Shown in pieces: positions 1 to 12,815 of a stretch of 64,000 nucleotides of DNA. A model generated the notes under the pieces. That model did no database searches. It had not been told where the DNA came from and saw only the letters and a list, made by a program, of their open reading frames with translations. The stretch lies in the NCBI RefSeq assembly GCF_009914755.1, contig NC_060930.1, one strand, 5' to 3'. A program made the translations under genes and the position numbers. Each line of letters opens with the position of its first letter. Position 1 is the first letter of the stretch. This DNA is from the human T2T-CHM13v2.0 reference genome, Homo sapiens.

Positions 1-148
1 GACTGAGATGACACCTACTAAATTATTTCAGCTGGATAAAATTTCCCAGGGAGAAAAGATCATAACTCTCTGACAGAAGCCTGATATGCTAAATCTAGTG
101 TGGAGGTGTGTTCTAAAAGGAATTGCTGCTGTGGCTTTTGTCACATAG

Positions 149-492
<344 letters not shown>

Positions 493-599
493 GATGTTGT
501 GTTTTTATAGGCTAGTGTGACCCCAAACCCAATTAATCCTAAGTAAAAGAGACTCAATTTTCAAAACTTAATATGACTACTGGGCCTATCATCTTTTAT

Positions 600-997
600 G
601 GGCAGACAACAGGATGTCAAATTTGCTCAGGTTCCAAGAAGGTCTTATGATCTAATATCCTCCTTAGAGATAAAGGAGGATGAGGGAAAAAGAGCTCCCA
701 TAGGGCAGAACTCATGGCTATTGAGAATAATGGAATAGAGAGCTTCTCCCCCAGGTAGAAACAGAGCCTAATAAGAAACATTTCCTACTGATTGGTCTGC
801 TAGGGCTACCATAACAAAATACCATGGACTAGATGGCTTAAACAACAGAAATATATATTTTTCACAGTTTTGGAAGCTGGAAGTCTGAGATTAGGGTGCT
901 AGCACGGTGATTTTCTGCTGAGGGCTCTCTTCCTGGCTTGTAGGCAGCCACCTTCTCACTGTGTATTCACCTGGCCTTTCCTTGGTGCATGTATGTG

Positions 998-1038
<41 letters not shown>

Positions 1039-1600
1039 GCAGGGTGTGGGGGTCGGTGGGGTGGTAAGAGGCAAGTTCTCTTGTGTCTCTTCTTACAAGT
1101 ACACTAAAGATGATATCTCTAAGGAAGGAGGTAAGGTTAAATGAGGCCATAATGGTGGGGCCTTGATCTGATAGGAATAAAATACAACTACACTGGGCGG
1201 GGGCAGGACTTCATGATATGAATTTTGGAGGGATACAAACATTCACTTCATAATACCTACCTTCAAGGTTGGCTACTTACAATGCTTGAGAGCGGGGTTT
1301 TAGAATTGCTGTGAAACAATGGCTGGATGCATCTTTCATTCTTCTTGTTTCTGAATAGGAGTGCTTATTATGATGGGGAGTGGGGAAGGAAGGGCTGATA
1401 ACTTGACTTTTTTGTTTTGGATCTTTGGACCAAGGGAAGCCACACATAGACCTAATGTTGAAACTCTCATAAGAGTTTGAGTCTCATGCTTTGACCAGAT
1501 GATGAATCTTTGAATTGCCTCCTTATGGAGATAGGAGGGGAATTATTGTGTTTTGTACATGGACAGAAGATGTTAAATATTCGTGAACAAGAGAGTAGAA
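600..1600 (+). mobile_element. Old MaLR (MLT1) internal sequence, interrupted by an MLT1A LTR
   Basis: 680-725 reads EG(K)SSHRAELMAI with a frameshift, resembling the ERVL/MaLR 'EGKSSQWAELRAV' segment. A purine-rich caagagagtagaac lies just before the LTR at ~1602. Confidence 0.5.
789..1255 (-). mobile_element. MLT1A-type MaLR solo LTR with internal (TG)n and micro-inversion
   Basis: gggctaccataacaaaataccat...aaacaacagaaat...ggaagtctgagattagggtg. 5-bp TSD cctac at 784-788 and 1256-1260. Confidence 0.9.
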
Positions 1601-1601
1601 C

Positions 1602-2008
1602 TATGATATGACATGACACAATGTGTTTTCTGTCCTCCCTGCTGTGCCCCTTCTTGTGTGTCTGCCTGTGGAAAGATTATATATTCTAATCCCATTGATG
1701 TCAGATTTGGCAATAAGGCTTGTTTTGTGTGGCCAAGAAAATGTGAACAAAAGTGATGTTTGTCACTTTCAAGTGGCAACTTTAAGCTAGAGTGTGCTTC
1801 ACTGGGAGGTGAACAGCATTGTAGATAAAGGTTACTTTGTCAGTCTGAATGCTGTTAAGATAACGCTGAGCAGAACCATAATAGGCTTGTGGGACGGATG
1901 TGGGATAGAGAGTAAAAGTACAATGAAACAAAGCTTTTGTTGTGAGCCACTGAGATTTTCAGATTGTTTATTAGCACATTATAACCCAGGCTTGGCAAGC
2001 TGATAGCA
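1602..2008 (+). mobile_element. Old MaLR LTR (MLT1J/H-like)
   Basis: ggccaagaaaatgtgaacaaaagtgatgtttgtcacttt and 3' end gcttttgttgtgagccactgagattttcagattgtttattagca. Confidence 0.75.
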
Positions 2009-2257
2009 TCCTGTATGCATATAAGGAATTAATTTACATTAGGTGTATATTATATTTAATTCATGCGAAATGATCAAAGGATTAAATAGATACTATTTTA
2101 TTTAATTTGGTAGGATCTTGAGGGTAAAATTAAACTACAGAAAACCACATTTTCATATTGAGAAGTAGCCCAAAGCAGAGGTAAATAACTTATTTTGCTT
2201 CAGTGTTAGTATTATAAGATCCATTAAACTGTTTTAACACAAGTTTGGAATAACGTA

Positions 2258-2445
2258 TTTTTTTTCTTTTTTCTTTCTTTCTTTTTTTTTTTTTTGTGAT
2301 GGAGTCTTGCTCTGTCGCCCGGGCCGGAGTGCAGTGGGATGACCTTGGCTAATTTTTGTATTTTTAGTAGAGACGGAGTTTTGCCATGTTAGCCCGGCTG
2401 GTCTTGAACTCCTGACCTCAGGTGGTCCACCCACCTTGGCCTCCT
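2258..2445 (-). mobile_element. 5'-truncated, internally deleted AluS
   Basis: Poly-T tail followed by Alu right-arm end fused to the central linker. TSD aa(g/a)tttggaataac(g/a)t at 2241 and 2446. Confidence 0.92.
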
Positions 2446-5400
2446 AAATTTGGAATAACATCTTAAAATGAAGAGCAGAGATTTTGGAAAATAATTAGTT
2501 CTTCCGGTGAGTATGCCATGACTCTCCAGCTCCTTTACTTTATCGTGTTGGGGTATAGTGCACTATTTTGGCTTCCAGAGATGACAAACATGCTGATGCA
2601 CCCAGTCCCATTTTATTGTAATAAATTTAAGATGACTTCAGCAACATTTTCTATGAACTGGCCAAAGCTATTAAGAGGCTAAATCTGCTCTTTCCTAATT
2701 TAAATTCAATTGACGCTCCAGTCTGAGATCTCTAGCTTATCTGGTCTTCATTAAGAGCCTGTTAAACTATGGCAAAAGCATTACATTTTGGACATTTACA
2801 CCATTACATATAATATTAATTGCCCAAGTGTACTAATTAGCTGATTAGAATAACTGTTCTTTGTATATATATCATTTTACTGACTCAAGAGTCTGCATTT
2901 TGACTAGCATTAGGAATGGAGAAAAAAAGATTTTTTGTGTTGTAAAGGAAAGAGTCACCCAAGCATTCCATGATCATCAATATTCTTTTGAAAGTTACCT
3001 CAACTAAAATTCTTTTAGTCACATCTTGTCTTCAATCACTCAAAAGGACTTGAGTGCTCATTAGTAGGTTTCTCCAACCAATTTTTGGTGCTGGGCATAG
3101 TGTTGAAGGAGGGAAATGTAATGAACTTACTCAGCATTGCAGATAGGATCAATTGATCTTCCAGGCAGCAAATACTTGATCAGCTCTTCTCATACTTACC
3201 CATATCTTTATGTGGAGACGTCTGAAATCAGTGAACAGCAGCAGCTTAGTAAGTAAGATACCAACAGAATGAGCTATAATTATAAAGACATTCTGTCTGC
3301 CTACATTAAGACCCAGAATAATTTGTGGGCATGAGGGCTCAAGCTAATTAACAAGACTGTTTTTTAGTCTTCAATAATTCTAAAGTCATATACCCTCTGT
3401 TATCAAGTGAATGCAGAATGAGATCTCAATGCAAATACTTAAGTTTGTAGATATAAAATACAAATATTTGCTTAAAGTTTATATAATGTAAGAAAAAGAA
3501 AATTAAGATGGTTTTGTTATCAACACAGAATGATTCCAATTTATTACTTTGGTGCCCAGGACTACTAAGTGTAATGTGATCATTTGTAATAACTCAAACT
3601 GGGAGATCTGAGTGGTGAGAAAGCTAAGTATTCTGGGAGTCAGACCACTGAAGTACTGCAATGAAAATATTTTAAAATAGGTGACTTCCTTTATGAAAAT
3701 AGAAAATAAGGGCTATTTCTAGCATGAATAGTGTATTATTTGAAAAGTCTATGTCTTTGTTTTCTGAATATTGCCAATAGAAGTGCTGATAAAACTCACG
3801 GAAATTTCCAAATATGGCCCCCAAACCTCTAATATTATATGTTGCATACTTCCTTGTTTTGCTGTTTATTTATATTTGTGCTTTATTTTCATTTTAATCA
3901 GTTTCTGCTCTCCAAATATTTGGGGAAGGTAAATCCTTATTGTCAAATCTTCCTGCAGTGTAACAGGGATAATTTAATATTCTTGTTCATATTTATTCAA
4001 TACCTAGCTTTCTCTAAGTGCTTATTCAGTTTTAACAATCAGCTTATGTGTTGGAAACAAATTTCTATTGATCATTCACTTGAGTAATTTCTTGCACAAT
4101 GGCATGGCTAAGACTTTATTTATTTTTGTGCTCATTTTCAATGTTGATATCCCTTGCTGTGTAAATAAGACCATTGTTAAGGAAGACTACAATTTTTCAT
4201 AGGTGTGTGTTGAAGAAAGTTTAAGTACTTACCATTGAAAAGCACCATTAAGAGATTATTAACTAAGAAACTGATAGTCTGATGTTGCTAGTATAGGATG
4301 TAGTATATATATATATTTAGTAAAGGGTATATTCATATAGGATATCATAAGAGATATCCAGTATTTAATCTAGTATAGGAGTCTGAGAAAATATTGAGAA
4401 AAAGATAATCAAATATGAAGATATTTCAAAATGATTTTAACTTGATTCATAAATAATTTAGAATATATAGTAACATTAGAAATGATTGTGTGTAACAGAG
4501 TATAAACCTTTAGATCTGAGAGTCCTCGGAAATTACTTTGTTCATCTCCTAAATATGAGAGATGAGGGAAAATGACCCAGATGCATCCAATGCCACAGTG
4601 CAAGGGAGTGACAGATTTGAGGTTTGAATAAAGGACTCAATGACTAATTAATAATGCTCTTCCACTTGAAAATGACTCCTTAGGTTCTTAAAAAATGATA
4701 ACTTAGTAAATTTATTAGGAAAATATCAGGGCACAATCAGTGTTTCTTTTTCTTGTCAGATCAGATGAGTATTGGTTGGCATTATGACCCAGCAAAATGG
4801 TGATTGTCCTTGAACTACATTCTAAAATTTGTAGTTTCAGAGAGAATTGGTGGAAATTAATATTTAATTGTCCAAAGACAGGTGTGATTTTCTGAAGTTC
4901 TTTTTATCTGGATTAACTCATCTTTTGTTTCTATGTGTAATGTCTTTTTGTCCATTTACTGAACAAAAGGCTTGGATAAAGAATATTATCAAAATCTTTT
5001 TATTCCATTATTTGTGATATGTGGGAATGCCTATTACAATAAAATGAGCGACAGTTATTTTTCAGTATAACTTGCCTATGCTGACTCCCTACTCCATTGC
5101 AATATATGTCTATGTTAGGAGAACTTGATTAATATAGTTCCCATTATTTCTCCAACTCTTTATTCATTTTACTTAGGACGAATAAGGGTAGTTTATCTGA
5201 TTTGAGAATTTGGGAAAAATAAGCTCATTTCTGCATCAGTTCCACCTTTTTTTTCTCTTCGGGGCTAGCTGGCCCAGGAAAAAAGGATTCTCCACCATGC
5301 CAGCCGGAGAGAGGAGAGCTTCTATTGTTTAGTGTTGCCCGTAACAAGGTGGTAAAATCTGCCTAATTCTTGGGTTTAGTTTGCAGGTTAGTCATGGTTC

Positions 5401-8400
5401 TTGAAACAACCTGTGTCCTCTAACTTAGTCTCATGGGTAATAAATGTATATTTTGATCTATCTTTCTTCCCTATCTAAGTTTTCAATTTGGCAAAAACGA
5501 GGGCCCTACTCAGATATCTCAACTAATGCTCCTGGCATAGACCAACAAAATCATAACTCACAAAAATATTATATCTTAAAATTAGCTTAAAAATATAGGG
5601 AGAAGTAAACTCCCATTTTCCCCCTTTTCAATCAATTATATTAGTGAACTCTTGAGTGAGTGAGCCTCTGAGGCTGGTTATATATGAAGAGACTTCACAC
5701 TAGGACACCTTCTTGGTGCTGCAGTCCCTATCTGGTTCTGTATAATGAGATCCTTCATTTCCTACCTTCTGAAAGTCTATGCTGAGCCTTCTCTCTCTCT
5801 TGGGAATCTGTCAACCTTGTACATCCAGTATTGCACAGAATCCTGGCTATCTCACACCTGCAAGCTTCTTCCTGAAAAGAAGCTCACCATTTAATTTTTA
5901 TTTAGTTCTATGTCCATGTTTCTCTCCTTCCCCTAAAACTGTGTTCTCATTGGAGTTTCTCTCTCTTTGTCTCTCTGCCTTTCTCATACATTTCTATATT
6001 TCTTCCCTCAGATCTCCACCCTTGCATATAACATACACACATGTATCTGTATCTCTGTATAGTATACATTATTCTTATGTTTTGTACTATAGAAAATAAT
6101 GAGTGATTTGCAGTGAATAACTCACCCACTTTGCCATGTATATCTCTATTTCTGTAGAGATATATACCTGCTATTACTCTTTAGACTCAACGGAGAAGAG
6201 TTACTGAAACTGACAGCCTAGAGAAACTGACAGCCTACCTCACTTCACCCCCAACCTTTGAAGAGGGAAGTCAATAATACAAATGGAGAGCCCATTGCAA
6301 TTTGCTAGACTGCAGTGCTCGGTGTTGAGGTATAGTTGCAAATTTGATTTTTTTGAGAAGAAAATACGTGCTACTAAGAGTTTGATGAGCTTCAGTGGAG
6401 TCATTTTTTTCTTTATCTGTTGCACCTTCTTCTGACTACAACTTTTGATATTTTATATCCTATAAGTCTTCACTTGGAGTATAGTGAAAAGCAACATTTG
6501 AAATTTCTTTCTTTTGGAGCCATACTGTTAGAAAAGGAGAGATTTTACAAAAATTTAGAAAATGGTCAGTGCCTCATTTGGCAAAGCAGTATGAAGTGAT
6601 AGGAATTGTTTCTAGGATGCCGAAAGTCAGACCAAATTTACCAGTGTTGGAGGAATCTTGTTTATAAGGTCTTGAAATTCAGATCATCTATGAGGTCAAA
6701 TTAAACTACTCAGCAAGTTTTAACTGCAACACTGGCATTACACAGCTTCAAGGACAAGGACTAAAGTCAATTAAAGACTGAGGCAAAGTTCACTGCCAAT
6801 CAACTGTGTTGAGAGGATGTCAAGTAAATTGCTCTGTGATGGGCTGAAGAAAGGCAACTTAGTGCAGGGTAACAGAGGACCTCTGCTAAGCTGACCTCAG
6901 TTCCAGTCTGTATTAGCTTCAAACATTTGAGAAGCAACTTAGATCAGGTTGATGTGAGGATAAGTGGGTGATCAAGAAAAATATCCAATTGATTGAGAGG
7001 TGAATGCAGAGCCTAAAGCCGTATCTGTCTTAATGGGGAGCAAGAGAGTTTTAAAAATTAATCTTTGGTTTCATTTAAAATATTAGTGCTAAAATATCAA
7101 CAGGAAAAGAGCTATTGACTGTGTGTTGACATTTTGGGTCATAAAGGTACTGGAAGTAACACAAATATACCCTTCAAATGCTGATACAATTGAGTGACAT
7201 TTACATGGGAGAAAGACATTAAAACCATATTTTCCCCTCTCAAGGATATGCACCAAGGTTAGGGAATTAAATAATGGCCTTTTCTAAGGATTTTTTAATT
7301 TATAATGTCTAGTTTTGTTCCAGGGGCTTCTTGGGCATTAAGACTGATATCCAAGTTGACCCCAGGACCTGAGGGCTTTCAGATCCTCTTTAATGATGAT
7401 AAAGCCCTCTCAGGGCAGTTTTGTGTAACCTTGTATCAACATTAACCAAAAGGGTAAGCTGAAACTGAGTCATATCTCAGAGCTGATGATGACAAACAAT
7501 AGTGGTTCCAAAACTTTGTCATATTTTTGTTAATATTAGCCAAATTACAGAGCAAACATTTCCTTATGCATGTAATTATTTCCTTTCAGGACAGAGGTCA
7601 CATATAGCATCCTTGGAGTTCAAATAGCTTATATATAGGTTTTGTTTGTCCTTTTCAGTTTGACAAACATTGAGAATGTTTAAAAAGTTCTCCAGACCTT
7701 CAGATTCTTTTGAAAAATGAGAAGCCGTGGCACCACTCTTGCCACTTCCCTCATGGCAATGGCTTGATGAAGTTGAGTTGTGTTGCACATCCTAGCAGAG
7801 AAGCTACTTTCCTGGGTGATACCACTCCCTACCATGTGGTCCCATGTGTTAGACCAGCTGCCTTACTTACTTTACCTGAGTGGCCTTGTAGATATTTGAA
7901 TTTGTGACCATGCTTTTGACAATGTAGCGCTCACGACTGCCTGGTCTATCTTCAGATTGTCTCCTGTAGACCTTTTTGTCTATCTTGCCAGTAACATCAA
8001 TTTCCTATATATTTGAAAAATAAAATACTAGAACAGATGAAAAAAAATCAATCCTTATTTCCCTCACCAGCAACTGTGTCAGACTTTGCCATCTTGACCA
8101 TTCTTTATTTTAAAAATTTACATTATCTGTCATATTGGTGTGGTGGGTGGTGGTGGAGAATGTGAGAAGATTAAATAAGAAGAAATTGGTATACTGACAT
8201 TCTTCTTTGTGTAATATAAGATTAGCTAAATAAGTAGAAGTTAGGAAATAGGAATATTTACTTGGTGTAAAACAGTATTCATGTTGTCCTTTGCGTTTCT
8301 GTCTTGTATTCTAACAGTGCTCTGATATGTTGGTCTTTCTCTTGAGATCTAACTAACCTGTGTCACTTTGCTGCCTTTCATCTCTCTGGCAATGTGTTAC

Positions 8401-9249
8401 ATTTAATGATTAAATTTCAGTGGATATATGTGTGAACACCTTAGGCAAGCTGCTCTATGGGGAAGGAAACTCTCCTAACAGTCTTATTTTTCTTTGACTT
8501 ACCAAGTAGCAAAACTCCAACTTGCTGCTCTGGTTCAGTGAGTGGAATAAATTAGGGTTAGGCATATCGGTATTGAAATTCCAGTTCTGATGGCGACCCA
8601 GTGTTAAACTGATTCCAATTTATTGCCTGTACCACATTATTCTTATTTTTTAGTTTTTAGTTGAATTTTTAACATTCTGTTCAACCAGACATTGACCAAC
8701 ATGATCCTTAATGTATGGATGAGGAAGGAGTGTTAATTGCCCTTTCTTTTTATCTTAGAAACACATAAACACATACAGTGAGTATGAAAGCATCCTAATC
8801 TTATTGTCATCTCTTTTAAAGAGTGCTTATACGTAATACTTCTTTACAAAAACTAACATGATTATAGAAGTTACCCCTCCCATTTAGACATTTTCTGGTC
8901 TGATTTCAAGATTTCAAATAACACCAAAACCTGAAGATGATAAGATAAAGTATACCCTCACACATTAGAAATTTGATTAGTTACTTGTTAATATTATATT
9001 TTGGAAAACAATGGTGGTATTTATTGAGTTTTACAATATGTACTGTAGGATGACTGGCAATGCAAATTGGGAGACTTTGTAGATGAAAATATCTTGATCA
9101 TTTGCTTAAAACCCAAATTTACCCTACAGGGGAATAAAGCCGAAGACAGCATATTCCATGAGACATGAGTAAATCTCAGAGGAAAGCAAATAGTTTGCAC
9201 AGTAAGAAACAGAATTTTTTTAAAGTACATTCCAAGGTTGGAGATGTAT

Positions 9250-9345
9250 AAATACCTTGAACACGGAGACTAGTTTTATTCATCTGTGAATCTCCAGGGC
9301 TGAGCCCCGTGCTGATCTATGGGGAAGCACTCAGTAACTGTCAAT
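9250..9345 (+). mobile_element. L2 3' end fragment
   Basis: tttattcatctgtgaatctccagggctgagccccgtgctgatctatggggaagcactcagtaa resembles the L2 3' terminus. Confidence 0.6.
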
Positions 9346-9810
9346 ACCTTGAATATGGTGGTGTGGGGAATTAGGCTGCTACTAAGATTTCTAGGGACAG
9401 ACAGGCCCCGTGGGAATGCTTGTCTCCCAAGGACCTACCACTAATAACAAATGTCCTTCAGACAATGTAAAAATGATATGGAAACATGTTACCGTTGCTG
9501 TAATAAAATATGCTTGTTAACTTAAAGACCAGTTGAACTCAGTGTATTTTCAGAGACCCAGATAGAGGCAAGCCTTGAAAACTGCTGACTGATGCAAAAA
9601 CAACTGGAAACTGAAGATACAAAAATTATGTAAGAAAGAATAATGAATTGCTCGTTTTCTTTTTCTAGGATAAATTAATGCTGGAAGAACACAGAATTTT
9701 AGAGCTCTTGAATGTACGTTCTAGCATAGTGCAAATGAATGTTAGACATGACACTAAGGATAATACTGATTAAAGGCTTTGCACATCAGTGATAGAGTTA
9801 TGATCTAGAT

Positions 9811-10120
9811 TAGTGGCTTTCAAAGTTTTCTGAACACTAGGTATGTCCCCTTAGATAGATGCATATACATATAAGTGAAAAGAACATGATTATAGAGGGT
9901 TTCTCCCAAGTGGAGACATTTTTTAGATTGATTTCAACATTTCAAATAAACTCATGATCACACTCATCCAGTTGCTCTGTGATAGTTATTTTTCCTTCTC
10001 TTTTACTATTTTAACTTAAAAATAGGTTGGTTTCAATCCATTAAATTGATTTTATGACTCACTAATAGGTTGTAAAAACCTGTTAGTGAGTCATAACTTT
10101 CATAAGTTTGAAAATCACTG
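9811..10120. mobile_element. hAT-Charlie-type non-autonomous DNA transposon
   Basis: Termini tagtggctttcaaag ... gtttgaaaatcactg, flanked on the left by atctagat (Charlie-type NTCTAGAN target). Confidence 0.65.
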
Positions 10121-10282
10121 TAGTAGAGCCACCAAAAGCATAAGAAACTAAGTTGATACAAATGTTTGGTTTTGTTTATTTTTTCCTTAAAGCAGTGCTT
10201 ACTAAACACCTTGAGAGTACTTAGTCATTCAGTCTTCCTTGGCTTATTTAGTTAATATGTGGTAATCATTGATAAGCACACC

Positions 10283-10928
10283 TGTGGGAGGCAGGATTCT
10301 AAGATGACCCCCAAGATTTCCCATCCCCTCCCCTGACTGATGTTCATACTTTGCAAAAATCTCTGGAATGATGAATTGGATTTTTACTTTGGTGGTAAAA
10401 ATAAAAGATTATGTTAATGGAATAGTTGATGCTAAGATAAGGAGATTTATCTAGTGGCCTGAACAAGAAAGGAAATAAGAACCGAAGGGAATCACATAAC
10501 ACATTTAAAAGCAGAGAGTTTTCTCTGGCTAGTGGCAGAAGAAAAAGTCAGAGATTCAAAGCATGAGAAGAATTTGATGCTCCATTACTGACTTGAAGAT
10601 GGTGGGTACCACAAGGCAAGGAACATGGGCCTTCTCTGAGAGCAGCTCTGACTGATAGCCAGCAAGGAAACAGGGACCTCAGTCTTACAAAGCCAAGGAA
10701 TTAAATTCTGTCAAAAAATGAGAATAAGCTTAAAAATAGACTTTGTCGTATAACTTCAGGCAAAAAACCTTGTCTAACACATTGGTTTTAACCTTGTGAG
10801 TCCTTAGCTGAGAATCCAGTCGGGCTACATCAGACTTCTGACCTACAGAACTGTGAGCTAGTACATTTATGGTGGTATATGCTACAAGTTTGTGGTAGTT
10901 TGTTTTGAAGCAATAGAAAATTAATATA
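10283..10928 (+). mobile_element. MaLR LTR (MLT1E-like)
   Basis: Starts tgtgggaggcaggattctaagatgaccccc. Ends gacttctgacctacagaactgtgag...gcaatagaaaattaatata. Confidence 0.88.
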
Positions 10929-11499
10929 CTGACAAAAGTACTTTGTCATTCTTGATCGTAAAACATTCTGTTTAGCACATTCTCCCTACAAGGCAAGAAA
11001 GTATTGAATACATTATTGAATATTATAAAGACCAGTATTAAACAAGGAAGATTTTCTTTATTCTTCAATCATTCTGCTTAATTGAGGGGTTGCTTTGTGA
11101 ATATTTCTGTCAATAATAATTTTTTCCATTTAAAAAACATGCCTCAGAAGATTTAAATGGCAAATTTATACACTAGATACTGGCCTGAGTTTATACGTGA
11201 AGATGAAATACATAAAGAGTAGAAACTTGCTTAATGTGGCAAACCTACAAAATGTTGGAACTGGCTAGATCACAGATATTGGATTAATTTATTCTTTGAT
11301 GCATACACTTACTCAATACTATTTATCATAAGAAACATTGTTCTAGGTCCACAGAATATTGTGGTGGTCAAAACAGAAAAAGCACTTCTCTAATGAGGCT
11401 TATATTCATGTTTGGACATTATAAAATATTTTCTATAATATGGTTCTTTCAAGCTTTTTTAAAACTTGTGAAATATAACATGTATGTATATTTATGTAC

Positions 11500-11885
11500 G
11501 TGTATATATAATATATAATTATAATATGATATATAATATATAATTACTATATAATATATATAATTATTACATAATATATAATTATAATATAATATATAAT
11601 ATATGTAATTATAATATAATATATTATATATGTAATTATCATATATATGTAATTATAATATAATATATATGTAATTATCATATATATGTTATATATAATT
11701 ATTATATATAATGTTTTTATATAATTATATATACATATATAATTTATATAATATGTATAAATATTATATATAAATAATATATAGTCTACTCATTATATAA
11801 TATGTAATATATAATATATTATATAATATATAATACAATATATAATATGCAATATAATATAATATATAATATAATATATATAATA
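11500..11885. repeat. ~380-bp degenerate (TA)n/(TATAA)n low-complexity array
   Basis: Almost pure A/T with recurring atataattat/atataat units. Confidence 0.95.
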
Positions 11886-12439
11886 GTGCACAAACTAAGG
11901 ATGTACAGCTTAATGCTCTATAGCAAAGAAAACCTTGAGTAAACATCAAATACAGCAAAACATGATAGATAATACTCCAGGGCCCTTCATAGACCCAGTC
12001 ACAAACACTAGCAATCATATCCCTGATGGTCACCCTTTTCTTGAATTTTATGGCAAACTCTTCTTGGTTTTATTATCTTACCTTCCAAGCTGGCATTCCT
12101 AAATGTAATTTTTTAAAAACTTTATAAAAATAGACCATATAGTATGTATTCTTTTGTATCTGGGTCATCTCAACATGAAAAGTTTGTGAGATTTATCTAT
12201 GTTACTGTGTTCATTTTCACTGCTGTGTAGCATTTATGTGAATATCACAATTTACTTGTCAATTTCATTTGCTAGGCCTTTGGGTTGTTTCCTGTTTTGC
12301 TGTATGAACATTCTTATACCTGCCTTTTGTGTGTTTGTGTGCATGCATTTTTGTTATTTGCGCGGGAGTAGAATTGCTGGTCAGATGGCATGAGTTCAGC
12401 TTTAGTTGCAATTATAAACATATTTTCCCCACTAGTTTA

Positions 12440-12815
12440 ATCAACAGATTCTAGAATGAGCCCCAATAAATTCCACTTCCTGGGGTCCATGCCTTTGTGT
12501 GATTTTCTTCCTTTCAGTGTGAGCAGAACCTGTGACTTCTTATCAATGGAATGTGGCAAATGTGAGGAAAAGTCACTCTCTTGATTAGATTACTTTATAT
12601 AGCAAAGGTGAGAGGATGTCACCTTCATGATTGTTATATCAGATTCTATCTGAATAGACTGGAACAAGGCACTCTTGTTGGCTTTCAAGAAGTATGGTGT
12701 CATGTTTCAAGAGGGCCTATAGACATCGTCATGTGGTAAGGAACTTTGGGCAGCCTCTATGAACTCTCAAGTGATCTCTAGCTGACAGCTAGCAATAAAA
12801 GGAAACCTCAATCTG
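12440..12815 (+). mobile_element. MaLR LTR fragment (MLT1F/G-like)
   Basis: acagattctagaatgagcccc...cctttcagtgtgagcagaacctgtgacttctt...catgtggtaaggaactttgggcagcctcta. Confidence 0.7.

Noticed and set aside
6206-6237. 17-bp tandem duplication (gaaactgacagccta x2) and nearby 10-bp hairpin at 6139-6164
   Set aside because: Real but typical slippage products with no sign of function.
9049-9201. 153-nt plus-strand AG...GT segment with a nearly open frame
   Set aside because: It has an in-frame TGA, a weak polypyrimidine tract and no recognisable homology, so chance is likely.
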